This document shows, piece by piece, positions 41,765 to 55,356 of a stretch of 64,000 nucleotides of DNA. A program made the translations under genes and the position numbers. Below the pieces are notes generated by a model, which searched no databases, was not told where the DNA came from, and was given only the letters and a program-made list of their open reading frames with translations. The stretch's first letter is position 1; every line of letters begins with the position of its first letter. Origin of the DNA: Octopus vulgaris (lineage: Eukaryota); contig OX597816.1 in the NCBI GenBank assembly GCA_951406725.2, forward strand, positions 26,660,001-26,724,000, read 5' to 3'.

Positions 41765-42104
41765 ATATTAATAGTTATCGCCAAGCTAACATGGCAGTCC
41801 AGAAAAATAGGACGAATGCTGTCGTTGATTAGCTCCAAGAGGCCATCGCCTCTAGCTAGCTATGTGACACGTGAACCTGTGTCCATTATAACCTTCGAAC
41901 AGGGGAGGTTAGCCGCTTCCCCTTGCTGGCCTGGCATCTACAGTCTAGTTTCAGGGTATACCTTCCCTGTTCGAAGGTTATAATGGAAACAGGTTCACGT
42001 GTCACATAGCTAGCTAGAGGCGATGGCCTCTTGGAACTAATCAACGACAGCATTCGTTCTATTTTTCTGAACTGCCATGTTAGCTTGGTGATAACTATTA
42101 ATAT
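41765..42104. repeat. Fold-back inverted repeat (~140-bp arms)
   Basis: Arms are reverse complements with few mismatches; TA tracts nearby. Confidence 0.9.
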
Positions 42105-42295
42105 CCTTCTTTCCTTCCTTCCTGAGCGTCCAATAATACTATATTTGTTCCACGTCCTCGCGTTGTTGTGTTTTCTCTTTGTGTTTTCATGTTTGGATTA
42201 ACTTTATATATATATATATATATATAGAAATTCGGGGTGAGTACTTGATAATTATAAGCACCTGTGTATACCGTTTGGTGGTGTAGGTGGTGGAG

Positions 42296-42518
42296 TAAAT
42301 TGATCAAAATAAAAATAAAAACATGAGGTGAAGGATTCAGCGGTACATATGTTTCGGGCCTTTATTAGACAGATTTATAACAAAGCATAATGTATGTCTG
42401 TGGCACATATGTATACCACAGACATACATTATGCTTTGTTATAAATCTGTCTAATAAAGGCCCGAAACATATGTACCGCTGAATCCTTCACCTCATGTTT
42501 TTATTTTTATTTTGATCA

Positions 42519-42523
<5 letters not shown>
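42296..42523. repeat. Fold-back inverted repeat abutting (TA)n
   Basis: Near-perfect arms of about 107 bp; contains ggcccGAAACatatGTA. Confidence 0.9.
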
Positions 42524-42563
<40 letters not shown>

Positions 42564-42879
42564 ACCAAATAAGTTAGGGGTTGTGGATCCAACCCACTAA
42601 GGGATAATACTTATCCAATATATTATTGGTATAATACCCAAATTATTAATACACAAGTGTTTTTAATTGCAATGCAATGAACTCACTTATTGTATTAAAT
42701 GGGTGAAGGTAAAGAAATATTTTACCATCAATTTATATTACAAATAAGGAAATGGAGAAACACTTTGAATTTTATACTGTATATATATCCTAAAGTTGAT
42801 AGAGCAACTAATGTGTTTCTCCATTTCCTTGTGTTTTTTGTATCGTCTTCTAAATGTTTTACGTTCTTGTCCCAGTTTG

Positions 42880-42959
<80 letters not shown>

Positions 42960-42962
<3 letters not shown>

Positions 42963-43754
42963 TCTCTCTTCGCTCCTTTGCGTCACATGGGCTCAATTCT
43001 TCATCTAACCTCCTCCCCCCTCACACCTACATCCTCCCATCCACCTCTCCTCTCTTACGCCGACTCCTACTTCTTCCCTTCACTTCTACTCTCCTTCTTT
43101 CTTCTTTTCCCTCCTACCCACCTTTTCTTCTCTTCACACCTACCCACCTTCTCTTTCCTCCCTTCATCGTCACCCCTCCCTCGTAAGCCCACTCCCACCT
43201 TCCCCCATCCCATGCCACCCCACCCACACCTACATACCTCACTTTTACTCCCACGCCCCACCTCTACCCCACCCTCAGCCTAACCCACACCCCATCCTTG
43301 CTTTTCTCACTCCCGCCTCCCCCACCTTCCAACACCATCACACCACACCACACATCATACACCACCATAGCAACACACCACCACCCACACATCAGCACTG
43401 ACCACTTCCCAGATCGACATTTTCACACCTAACACATACACACACGAACACGTCAAGATCACCAGCCCTCTTCCACACGCCCATACAAACTCTCTTATAC
43501 ATACGCACGCACACCTTCGTTTTGGGGTCACCACCACTTTGTTATCTCCCCTTCTCCCCCGTGTGACCCTTCGATCCGGCCTTCGGTATGATAGATCGCT
43601 AACCACTACACGTTCTTTATTTTCTCTCCTTGTTTCTTTCTGTGGAAGAGCGTAGGCTCGACACGTTAGACTTTTTCACTTCCCGAGCGTTATACTAATA
43701 CATCTCTTTGTTATATACACCACCTGACTTCGTCTCTTTTTTTTTTGTGAATTC

Positions 43755-43760
<6 letters not shown>
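42960..43760 (+). mobile_element. Penelope-like element 3' end / pseudo-LTR
   Basis: Starts with IFSLRSFASHGLNS (resembles the PLE GIY-YIG C-terminal 'TLxPxGLN'), then a C-rich UTR and a hammerhead-like motif at ~43635. Flanked by (TA)n on both sides. Confidence 0.6.
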
Positions 43761-43799
<39 letters not shown>

Positions 43800-43914
43800 A
43801 TAGGCCTAGCCGCTTAGCCAGCGGGGTGGCGTCATTTGAAGGCTAAAAAAATACAATGCGAAACGCACTGTGACCAGTGATGTGTAACAGCATCTGATAG
43901 CCTGGTCGGTCACG

Positions 43915-43961
<47 letters not shown>

Positions 43962-44185
43962 GTATATACATACACGCATAAGGATAAGCAATATTAAAAC
44001 GGATCCGTGTGAAAACTCATTCAAATAAAATAGTCGGGAAACACTACTACATATATATATATATATATATAATTATCAATAATAATAAAGGGTGAAATTA
44101 ATTAATTTGGAATAATCATTAATTTCACCGAGTAGAGTTCGGCATGTAAAAACCCCATTCAAGGAAGGTTTAAGTAATACTAAGT

Positions 44186-44659
44186 AATTAAGGGTTTAGC
44201 AACGATTTGCCTCACCACACACCGAATTTAGAAATAGCAGTCAAAGAGTTTTGGCTATTCTTTCTACTTAAAAGAGAGAGAGCTAGCTTCAAATTACTCT
44301 CCGTCTTCCGTATCAATCATTTAATATATACATATATATATATATATATTATGCTTGTACATATACATATATATGTGTGTGTGTTGAAGAGTGTTAATTC
44401 AATTTCTTTGGCTTTGCAACACCAGCCAACAATGACAAATATCCACATAAACATCCAACTATCAATGCATCCACACAAAACAAGGCTTATCACTACATAA
44501 GACTCAGTAATTAAGGGTTTAGCAACGATTTGCCTCACCTCACACCGAATTTAGAAATAGCAGTCAAAGAGTTTTGGCTATTCTTTCTACTTAAAAGTAG
44601 ATATATAAAGAGAGAGAGAGAGCTAGCTTCAAATTACTCTCCGTCTTCCGTATAAATCA

Positions 44660-44740
<81 letters not shown>

Positions 44741-44885
44741 ATATGCTTGTACATATATGTGTGTGTGTTGAAGAGTGGTAATTCAATTTCTTTGGCTTTG
44801 CAACACCAGCCAACAATGACAAATATCCACATAAACATCAAATGCATCCAACAAAACAAGGTTTATCACTACATAAGACTCAGTC
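44186..44885. repeat. Tandem duplication (~320-bp unit) with internal (TA)n
   Basis: gtaattaagggtttagcaacg...cactacataagactcagt occurs twice. Confidence 0.85.
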
Positions 44886-45239
44886 AGTCAGCCGCTGTTT
44901 AGTAGTAAAAACGGATGACTGCTCCTACAAGTCTGAGGCGGTAACAATGTTTTACTTGGACGTCATGAGTTGATCCATCTATATTTATATATATATATAC
45001 ATATATATATATGTGTATGTATATATATATGGATATATATACCCACACACAGACACATATATATGTCTATGTCAACTTGTTGAAATTCAAAACCCACAAA
45101 AAATTTAAACAGTTAAGTATGTTTCCTACCTCTTTTGCAATTAACCATGTACTTATAAAACATATACGTACGTATTCATTGCTTATATCTTTATATCTCT
45201 GTGTATTGTGTGTTTTTTTTTTCTCTTTTAAGTTCAATA

Positions 45240-45664
45240 TTTAGTGTATTCACCTCCCAAACCTTAATCCATATCGCACACGAGCCTATACGCAGTCGCT
45301 CGGTCTGCTAGAAATAGCAGCTAAATCTAGCTCAAATCACACCTTCCCATCTTTAAAAAGGAATATTAAGTAATGTAGACCTCGGTATAATACTATATAA
45401 TACTATATTTGAGTATAAGATGCGATGGCCATGGATAGAACGCATGTAATCATACTATTTTAGTGTATTGACCTCCCAAACCTAATCCATATCGCACAGG
45501 AACCTATACGCTGTCGATCGGTCTGCTAGAAATAGCAGCTAAATCTAGCTCAAATCACACCTTCCCGTCTTTAAAAAGGAATATTAAGTAATGTAGACCT
45601 CGGTATAATACTATATTTGAGTATAAGATGCGATGGTCATGGATAGAACGCCTGTAATCATACT
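45240..45664. repeat. Tandem duplication (~215-bp unit)
   Basis: tttagtgtatt...tgtaatcatact occurs twice; includes a ctgcta-gaaa-tagcag hairpin. Confidence 0.85.
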
Positions 45665-48055
45665 CTGCTGGATCAGGGGTGATCTGACTAAACACTAACG
45701 CACTAAACCTTTGTGGTGTGATTTACAAGATTTTTTTGTTTGACTCATACTCACATGTTAACGAACTATTGTCATAAGACTACATATATTTAGTTAAGGA
45801 TTTTGTTTGAAGCTTACTATGTGTTATATACACGCCGACCTATGTGTATACATTCAGGTATATTAGGGGGGGTTGTGCTTTAATAGGTGGTGGCTAAGTT
45901 CTATAAGAAATTGATTGTACAACCAAATTTCAGTACTAAATTAGAACCCCTTTCTCTTCTGTTATTGTCTGTGTGGCTATGGAAAGAATATAATAAACAT
46001 GGTACGATCCTGCCGTTAATAACTTTCAATTTCTGTGCACAATGTCTATGATATAAAGGGTGTATATCGACCTTGAACATTTCTTTATTCTTTCACTTTC
46101 TCTAATTATTATCGTTCGTAATCCGATTCATTTACACAACTGTTATCATTTTAGGAAGCATCAACATTACTATAATTTATTTTTACTCCTACACTCTTCT
46201 AAAATATCACACCTAGAATTTGAGATGACCCCCATCCATAAATATGTGTTGTACTATTATACTTTAATACTATGATGTTAGTCCGATGTTTCACTTGTTT
46301 TAAGTTCAAACCTCGAATGGTGTCAACAATGTAATGTGATTCTAGTAATTAAATTTATACGAAAACCAGTTAACAATAATAGATTGTAACACCCGAATGT
46401 AACAGAATTTATGATATTAAATGCATCGACTAGTGACAAAATAATCCACATTTAATACTTATTATTTAATTAAGCTTACAACGAATTTAATGAGCTCTGG
46501 AACTCATTGAGGCCCAGGAGGAAATTCGTGGACCCACGGGATAATACACTACTCACAGATGATTATTGAGAATATTTGTATGAGGATGAAGATAAAATTT
46601 AGAAGTGCTTATTTTTGTGTCTTTCATGAAGATATATTTTGGTTCTTCTCTCTCCACCAAAGTCTAAGCTTGTTGAAGATCTCAGAACCTTTCAAATATT
46701 GCTTCATATTTTTTATCACTGTTAATACATTTCGCCACTAATCAGTAGTTTAATTAAGAAGTTATTAAAAAGGTGTGTGTATGTATATAAATAGATGCGT
46801 ATTTGAAGAAAACAATGAATAGAAATAACTTTTCTGATATTTTTTTCACTTAAATAATTATACGTTTATGAATTATTAGGTGTTTACAAATCGTAAATCT
46901 GTTGTGAATTTCTCACTTGAAAGCGGTTTTCAAACTGATATTTTAGAGTTTCTTATCCATTGTATAGCTAGGGTTGTTGAACAACGAATACACACACACA
47001 CACACACCTTATAATCAGATACACAAACACACATGCATGTGTTTGTGTATCTGTATATAGGTGTTTGTATGTTTATACACACGTATGTGTATGTATAACA
47101 CAAAATGCACAATGATGAAATACAGGTTTTGTGCCTGGGAGAAGCACTACTGACACTACCTTTATAATCAGGAGACATATTTGACTAAAAATAAATTGGA
47201 CTAAAAAATAAACCATTGCACTTGGAATTTGTTTATTTAACCCTGCTGTGCGATGTGTTGGCCTGGGAGAAAGTTAGGAGTAGATGAGTGGCTTGTGAAA
47301 GCTGTACAGGCCTTATACAGAGATTCTGTCTGTACTATTGTCTTTTTTTTTTTTAATATATTTTATTTAACGTAATTTTATTCAATGTTCAGTAAACAGA
47401 ATTCCTCTAATAATACAAATAAACAATGGTTTTACCATACAGATGTAGACAGGTACACTCCAGAATAAGGTGGGAATTAAGTCCATCGCTTTGATGAGAC
47501 ATAGTTTGGTTAACTTTTGAATGGATAGAAAAGTGGTTTGTATTTCGTCCTTTACAACTATTTGTTGAAGGATTGCATAAATAAATAAATTTTTTATAAA
47601 AATGCTACTATTTACTAGTGGATTCTCTGACAAAATGAAATTTTTACCTAACACTAAGCTTAAGAAATACTTAGCTCAGCTGGATCCTAAATCTAAACAT
47701 ACAGAGGTTATCCACAGTGCACCTGACTCTAATGTAGACACCTATCCTGCTAACAACAGCAACTACCAGCCCAACATTACATCATGCCGTAAGTGTATTT
47801 AGAGACATTGTGCCATCAAGGCCTAACCACAAGAGTGCATACACTAAGAAAGACCCCTAAATAAGAACTAGATGTCTGATACCTACTTAGTACCTCCAAT
47901 TCCCAAATTTTAAAATTACCTAACAAGAACAGGAGGTGGCATATCCATTGGTGTACACCTTCCTTCTTAAATGTTAAGGGATTGCCAAAACAGTTTCTTA
48001 GTATTGTTAAATCTAATTTTCCCCCACAACATAAGCACCACTCAATTTTTAATTT

Positions 48056-48370
48056 CATCATCATCGTTTTGCATTCGCTTTCCATGGGTTGGACAGTTCA
48101 ACTGGGATCTGGGAAGCCAGAAGGCTGCACCAGGCTCCAGTCTGATCTGGCAATGTTTCTATGGCTGGATACCCTTCCTGACGCCAACCACTCCATGAGT
48201 GTAGTGGGTGCTTTTTACGTGCCACCGGCACAGGTGCCAGACGAGGCCGGCAAACGGCCACGATCGGATGGTGCTTTTTACGTGCCACCGGCATGGAGGC
48301 CAGTCGGGGCGGCACTGGCAACAGCCACGTTTGGATGGTTCTCTTATGTGCCACCGGCACTGGTATCACA
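48056..48370 (-). mobile_element. Short RTE-tail element
   Basis: (cat)n tail and a body homologous to the 3' UTR of the RTE-X at 51003; related copies at 53025-53430 (+) and 61063-61260 (-). Confidence 0.75.
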
Positions 48371-49179
48371 TGATTAAACTGTCATCAGTTGCAGCAGCTT
48401 CAAAGAGAAGTAAACTTGGTCATTGTAACTCACACAACCCCTACCAATAACAATAGTAATAGGTAGAAACTATAATAAATAACAGTTGAGGGAACATTGG
48501 CAATGGTAATCAACTTAACAAGAATAATCATAATAATAATTCATTCATTTATTGGCCACAAGGGCTAACAAAAATCAATTAAAACATAAAGGGACAAAAC
48601 ACAGGACGAAAGTTACAAAGGGTTTTGTCCGTTTGAAATGGCTTCAAATTTTGGCACAGGCCAGAAATTTCAGGGGAGCGGATAAGTTGATTATATCAAT
48701 CCCAATGCTCAAATGGTACTTATTTTATTGACCCCAAAAAGTTGACCTCAGTAGAATTTGAACTCAGAATATAAAGACAGATGAAATGCTAACAATTTTG
48801 TCAGCTCACTACTTTAACAATAAGAATAATATTAATAATAATAATACAACTGATTAGAATTATAGGAAGTGTAACTATGAAAATATTAGTGAAAATGTAG
48901 GTAGCAACACTAATCTCAGATGACTTACACCCCTCTAATAATAATAGTATCTATGATATGGAAACTGAAAGAAGCTTGTTGTATATATATATGTGTGTTT
49001 GTGTGTCTATGTTTGTCTCCCCCAACATCGCTTGACAACCAATGCTGGTGTGTTTACATCCCCATAACTTAGCAGTTCAGCAAAAGAGACCGAAAGAATA
49101 AGTTCTGGGGTCAATTTGCTCGACTAAATGCAGTGCTCCAGCATGGCCACAGTCAAATGACTGAAACAGATAAAAGAAT

Positions 49180-50520
49180 AATCTCAAATCATATAAAACT
49201 CCTCCTCACAACCCTCTGGACAAATCTGAACTGGACATTCTGAATATGATTAGGAACATCAAATTTTCCAAATTTAAATCTGCATACCAGAGGTCACTCA
49301 CAAAAATAGCAAGGCAAGTTGCAGGATTATCCAAAATACACATCTTTTCCAATAAGACAGGAAATTTATATTCACTCACCATTGAGGATTATATGGATTT
49401 CATTAGAAAAGACCTGCACAAGTCTTGATATCTGCCCTTAATACCATCAATAACCAACATTGTGGGCTGGTCTGCAAGTTGGAAGTGGGTGATAGATCAG
49501 AGCCCCATAACACAAAAATGCCACTTTTCAGTCTCAAAGATCACAAGCCAGATTTCATTACCAAACCCTCAATAAGACTCATCTGCCCTACTAGATCTGA
49601 CCTTGGATGAATTAGTAAAAATATTTTAATAATACTAGCAATTAAGAAGAAATTGAATGTTAACCTATAGTCTTGTACAGGTGAAATAATGGCTTAGTTT
49701 CATTTCTTAAATAACAAGAGCAATTCTTCCTTTGTACAATTTGACATTAACAATTATTATGTCTTTATCTCTCCCATCCTCCTTAATAAAGCCCTTATTC
49801 TCACTAGAAAAATAACGTTACTCCTCTAGAAATTGATGTTATTCTAGCAGCTAGAGAAACCTTGACTATCTTTAATAACAAACCTTGGTTCAGGGCATCA
49901 CATAATAATTTCTTTGACATAACTATGCGCTCCTCTGACTCCTTTCAAATCACAGATCTCATGAGGCTTTACCTCCTCCAGTGACTCTGCATGTATTTTG
50001 TAGCTATCCAAAGGGATCTATATAGGGATGACACTTTCCTGATTGCCATGGGCCTCTCTAAACCAGCTTTAGAAAAAAACCAGAATGGCTCTACATAAGT
50101 TCTTAGCTAATTTTAACCTATCTACTACATCTGAGAATACCAATAAAATAGCTAATTTTCTAGATATTACATTAGCTTTAAATGTTTCTTTATACTCTCC
50201 CTACCATAAACCTAATGAATACCTAAAATATATTATTTTATACTCAAATCACCATAAATCTGTTTTTAATAGCATAATTAAAGCTCTATCGATTAGAATC
50301 TCAGATCTATCAGCAACAGAAGAAATATTTAATAACCATGTCACCTAGCACTTGCAGTTTGTGCCTCTCACAAAACATTACATTCTTATCTAACTCTTGG
50401 CTTCAGAACTATCTATCTTGACTACACCCATACCCTAATAGCATGGATATAACATCCCCAAACTAGGAACCATAAAAAGCTTAAAATGTGGTGTATTAAC
50501 TCCACCTCTCACACACCCCT
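49180..50520 (+). mobile_element. Penelope-like element RT, decayed; continues at about 52680-53020 after insertions
   Basis: NKTGNLY, LKDHKPDF..KPSIRLICPTRSDLG, FVQFDINNYY, YRDD, NFLDITL, YHKPN..SNH. The downstream piece FSLNVKGLPRPFL...HKYYSILNRSTLKLSY is at 52790-52920, with a related piece at 47930-48055. Confidence 0.85.
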
Positions 50521-51002
50521 ATTATATTCATGCAAGATGCGATTTAAAAAAGAAAATTCCCAGATTTGTAATATCTGTATTTTTCTATGTGGACTGAAAA
50601 AAAAAAATTGAAAAGAAGTTAAAAATTAAGAAATTAGGGTGAGTTGGGGGCGGGGAAATTAAGATTTTGAAAATGCGATTTTTGGGCAAAATCGTACTCT
50701 CCTATACCGAAAACATAGAAGTTGATATGCTCAAGTACAATTCGATTCAAATATATACAATGTAAAGATATACCTAACTAATAACTAACCCAATGGTTCC
50801 AATATTGAGAAGAAAAAATAGGTAATATCAAAAATATAGTTCTAGACCTGAGTAATAATATATTACAAATTAAATATAACTTTGGATATTTGATATAAAA
50901 ATTCTAATTTTCAGACCTATGTTCCAAACTTTTGGCCACGACTGTACTGTTCAACAACAACAACAACAATATATATAATCAGGTTGACTAAAAAGTAAGC
51001 AA

Positions 51003-52680
51003 CATCATCATCATCATCATCATTTAGCGTCCGTTCTCCATGCTAGCATGGGTTGGACGGTTCAACTGGGGTCTGTGAAGCTGGAAGGCTTCATCAGGCC
51101 CAGTCAGATCTGGCAGTGTTTCTACGGCTGGATGCCCTTCCTAACGCCAACCACTCCGTGAGTGTAGTGGGTGCTTTTTACGTGCCACCTGCACAGGTGC
51201 CAGACAGAGCTGGCAAACGGCCACGAACGGATGGTGCTTTTACGTGTCACCGGCACGGGGTCAGGCGAGGCTGGCAACGGACACGAATGGATGGTGCTTT
51301 TACGTGCCACCAACACGGGGGCCAGACAGAGCTGGCAAACGGCCACGAAACGGATGGTGCTTTTACGTGTCACCGGCACGGGGCCAGGCGAGGCTGGCAA
51401 CGGGCATGAACGGATGGTGCTTTTACATCCCACCGACACGGGGGCCAGACAGGGCTGGCAAACGGCCACGAACGGATGGTGCTTTTACGTGTCACCGGCA
51501 CGGGGGCCAGGCGAGGATGGCAACGGACACGAACGGATGGTGCTTTTACATGTCACCGACATGGGGGCCAGACAGGGCTGGCAAACGGCCACGAACGGAT
51601 GGTTCTTTTACGTGTCACCGGCACGGGGGCCAGACAGAGCTGGCAAACGGCCACGAACAGATGGTGCTTTTACGTGTCACCGGCACGGGAGCCAGACAGA
51701 GCTGGCAAACGGCCACAAACGGATGGTGCTTTTACGTGTCACCGGCACGGGGGCCAGGCCAGGCTGGCAACGAACACGAACGGATGGTGCTTTTACGTGC
51801 CACCTACACGGGGGCCAGACAGGGCTGGCGAACGGCTACGAACGGATGGTACTTTTACGTGTCACCTGCACGGGGGCCCTGATGTTGATCGACCTCAATT
51901 TGGTTTGATCTTGATTTTGACTGTTCTCACTGGTCTTGCCGGGTTTTCTCACGCACAGCATACCTCCAAAGGTCTCGGTCACTGGTCATTTCCTTGGTGA
52001 GACCTAAAGTTCGAAGGTCGTGCTTCACCGCCTCGACCCAGGTTTTCCTGGGTCTACCTCTTCCACAGGTCCCCTCAACTGCCAGGGTGTGGCACTTTCG
52101 CACGCAACTATCTTCAGCCATTCTCATCACATGACCATACCAGCGCATACGTCTCTCTTGCACACAACAACTGATGCTTCTTAGGTTCAACTTTTCTCTC
52201 AAGGTACTTACACTCTGTCGATTATGAACACTGACGTTACACATCCATCGGAGCATACTAGCTTCATTTCTTGCGAGCTTACGCAAATCCTCAGCAGTCA
52301 CAGCCCAAGTTTCACTACCATGTAGCATGGCTGTACGTACACATGCATCATACAGTCTGCCTTTTACTTTGAGCGAGAGGCCTTTTGTCACCAGCAGAGG
52401 TAAGAGCTCTCTAAACTTTGCCCAGGCTATTCTTACTCTAGCAGTTATACTCTCAGCGCACCCGCCCCCGCTACTGACTTGGTCACCTAGGTAACGGAAA
52501 CTATCAACTACTTCTAGCTTTTCTCCCTGGAAAGTGATGGAAGTTGATCTCAGAGCATTTTCAGTGTTAATTGTTCCTGAGCATCTGCCACATACAAAAA
52601 CCATCTTCCTAGTTAGCCTTCCTTTGACATTGCTGCACCTCTTATGTGTCCATAGCTTACACTTGGTACATCTTATAACG
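51003..52680 (-). mobile_element. RTE-X/RTE LINE, 5'-truncated, with tandem-repeat 3' UTR and (ATG)n tail
   Basis: ORF 51927-52680 is open: CxxCxxWxHxxC...CxxC finger, FRYLGD, MLHGSETW, RMRWYGHVMR, RGRPRKTW. Confidence 0.88.
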
Positions 52681-53519
52681 TTTAAATGAAATAGAATCTT
52701 CAATACCAACTCCAACCAAAAAACATAAATCCACACCCACTTCCTGATGACCTAATAAAAGTGGAGGGAGAACAGTACTTTGGTATACCACCCCACTCTT
52801 CTCTTTAAATGTTAAGGGTTTACCCAGGCCCTTTCTCGACGTCATTTATTCCAACTTTCCTCACCACCATAAGTACTACTCTATCCTTAATAGATCCACC
52901 CTCAAATTATCTTACTTCTCACTGCCTAATATTGAATCCATCATAGCCTCATTGAATAAATGCATGCTTAATAGATATTACCAAAATAACAATTCTAAGG
53001 AGAATAGTAAATAGAATAATATCGAAATCGATCAACATCAATGGAAATTGTAGCTGTGATACCAGTGCCGGTGGCACGTAAGAGAACCATCCGAACGTGG
53101 CCGTTGCCAGCGCCGCCCCGACTGGCTTCCGTGTCGGTGGCACGTAAAAAGCACCATCCGATCGTGCCCATTGCCAGCTTCGCCTGGCCTCCATGCCGGT
53201 GGCATGTAAAAAGCACCATCCGATAGTGGCCATTTGCCAGCCTCGTCTGGCACGTAAAGAGCACCCACTACACTCATGGAGTGGTTGGCATTAGGAAGGG
53301 CATCCAGCCGTAGAAACACTGCCAGATCAGACTGGGCCTGGTGCAGCCTTCTGGCTTCCCAGACCTCAGTTGAACCGTCCAACCCATGCTAGCATGGAAA
53401 GTGGACGCTAAACGATGATGATGATGATGATTATAATAATAGGAGTACTAGTGATAATATGACTAGAGATAACATCGACAACATGAGTAATAACAATGCT
53501 AATAATAATAATTATTATT

Positions 53520-53793
53520 GCCTTGGTGCAGTACCAGGCAGTGGCTCTCATGGTATTTGATCTTAACTGATTGGGAGTGCTATCATGTACATGTTTTGTT
53601 TTGGTATAAAAGATGGGCTACAGCAAGTATTCTGCTCAATACCACAGATTTGCTTGTCAGTTGTTTGACCGTAACCAGTTGAGCATGTCCCTTAGTGGCT
53701 GACAATATGTGCATCTTTGATCATGAGCAGAAGTAGTGGGGGAGCATCATAGCCATGTGTTGAGAGGAAGCATGGGTGTTTCATTCAACATCC
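53520..53793 (+). mobile_element. 3'-UTR fragment related to the R4/Dong element at 1092
   Basis: Reverse complement of about 1320-1540; preceded by (ata)n/(att)n. Confidence 0.6.
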
Positions 53794-53797
53794 TTAA

Positions 53798-54443
53798 CCC
53801 TTTCGTTACCAACCCGGCTGAAACCGGCTCTGGCTCTGTATACAAATGTCTTGTTTTCATTAGTTTTGAATTAAAACCTTCCACCAAACCTTAGTCATAG
53901 TTTATGTTCCTAACACTAACTGAATGATAACTAAGTTATTTTAGTAAATTCTTTGTTATATTTAAAGTAATTGAAAGAAACACAGAGCATCTCAAAATAA
54001 ATACAGTTATTCAGGGACCTTTTGAGTGGGATGGGCTTTCCTTGTGTGTGTGTGTGTGTTTGCAGTTAAATCCCTTGTGTTATACACTTCTGATCAGCTT
54101 CTATTTGTTTCACCTCCCACTGCTTCATTCATCCCTGTCTCAACCACACATCTCTATCACCCATTAATTACTATGTCACTTATCTTCTACTTATCTACTC
54201 TCTTCTATTCATTACAATATACCAGCTGTCCATTTAACCCTTTCATTACTGTATTTATTTTGAGGTGCTCTGTGTTTCTTTCAATTACTTTAAATATAAC
54301 AAAGAATTTAATAAAATAACTTAGTTATCATTCAGCTAGTGTTAGGAACATAAACTATGACTAAGGTTTGGTGGAAGATTTTAATTCAAAACTTATGAAA
54401 ACAAAACATTTGTACCACAGAGCCAAAGCCTGTAACAAAAGGG
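53798..54443. mobile_element. piggyBac-type MITE with long TIRs
   Basis: ttaa|ccctttcgttac...gtaacaaaaggg; ~170-bp internal inverted arms. Confidence 0.7.
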
Positions 54444-54998
54444 TATAGAAATGGTAATAGATGTGTCTGATCCTTTAATCTCTCTTGACACTCACCCTTC
54501 CTTGTAAAGTATAATATTGAGCCTGTGTATAAAGGGGAACATCAGGTCAGATTCGCTTATATCCAATATACTCTCCCATTTCTTTTCTTTACTGCCAGTC
54601 ATCACGACCCCCCCCCCCCAGAATCTTCATTGTTAACCATCCACCATTCTTGATATTTTCCAGCTCTCTTACCCTCCATCTCTCTCTTTCTCTCTCACAC
54701 TGGCATGCATGTAACTCCTTTCATTATCTCCCCCAGCACTCTTCTGTCAAATTCTACCAGCCTTGCACCCTAATCACACTGTTTCCTCCCATTGTATGTG
54801 GCTGTGTGGTAAGAAGTTTACTTCCAAACTACATGGTTCCCGGTTCAGTCTCATTGCGTTGCACCTTGAGTATGTTTTCTATTATATCCTTGGGCCAACC
54901 AAAGCCTTGTGAGTGGATTTGGCAGGCAGGAACTGAAAAAAGCCCGTCATGTATGTGTGTGTGTGTGTGTGTATGTATATATATATATATATATATAT

Positions 54999-55231
54999 AT
55001 CAACAATCAAGGAACGGCCATAATAGGCCATTCACCCACTAGAAATAACAGCCAAAGCTTCAACCGCAAATAAAAATTAATTCCATAAACCAGGAGAAAA
55101 TTTAAAAAACATTTACCCTGTTTTTTAAATTTTCTCCTGGTTTACGGAATTAATTTTTATTTGCGGTTGAAGCTTTGGCTGTTATTTCTAGTGGGTGAAT
55201 GGCCTATTATGGCCGTTCCTTGATTGTTGAT
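54999..55231. repeat. Fold-back inverted repeat next to (TA)n
   Basis: Near-perfect arms of about 113 bp with a short loop. Confidence 0.9.
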
Positions 55232-55356
55232 GTTGAACTTAAAAATGGTCTATGACTATTTAATTTTTTCCCACTAGGCCGCTGGTGGCAAAAGAATTCT
55301 ACAAAATTTTTTTTTGCCACCCTATATTGATTAAATATATATATATATATATATAG

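Noticed and set aside
42699-43283. 194-aa Pro/Ser/Leu-rich ORF
   Set aside because: It spans microsatellites and a pyrimidine-rich PLE UTR; this is a compositional artefact.
43831-43874. gtcat-ttgaagg-c...gc-gaaa-cgc-act-gtgac hammerhead-like arrangement
   Set aside because: The core deviates at several positions and stem II is at most 2 bp.
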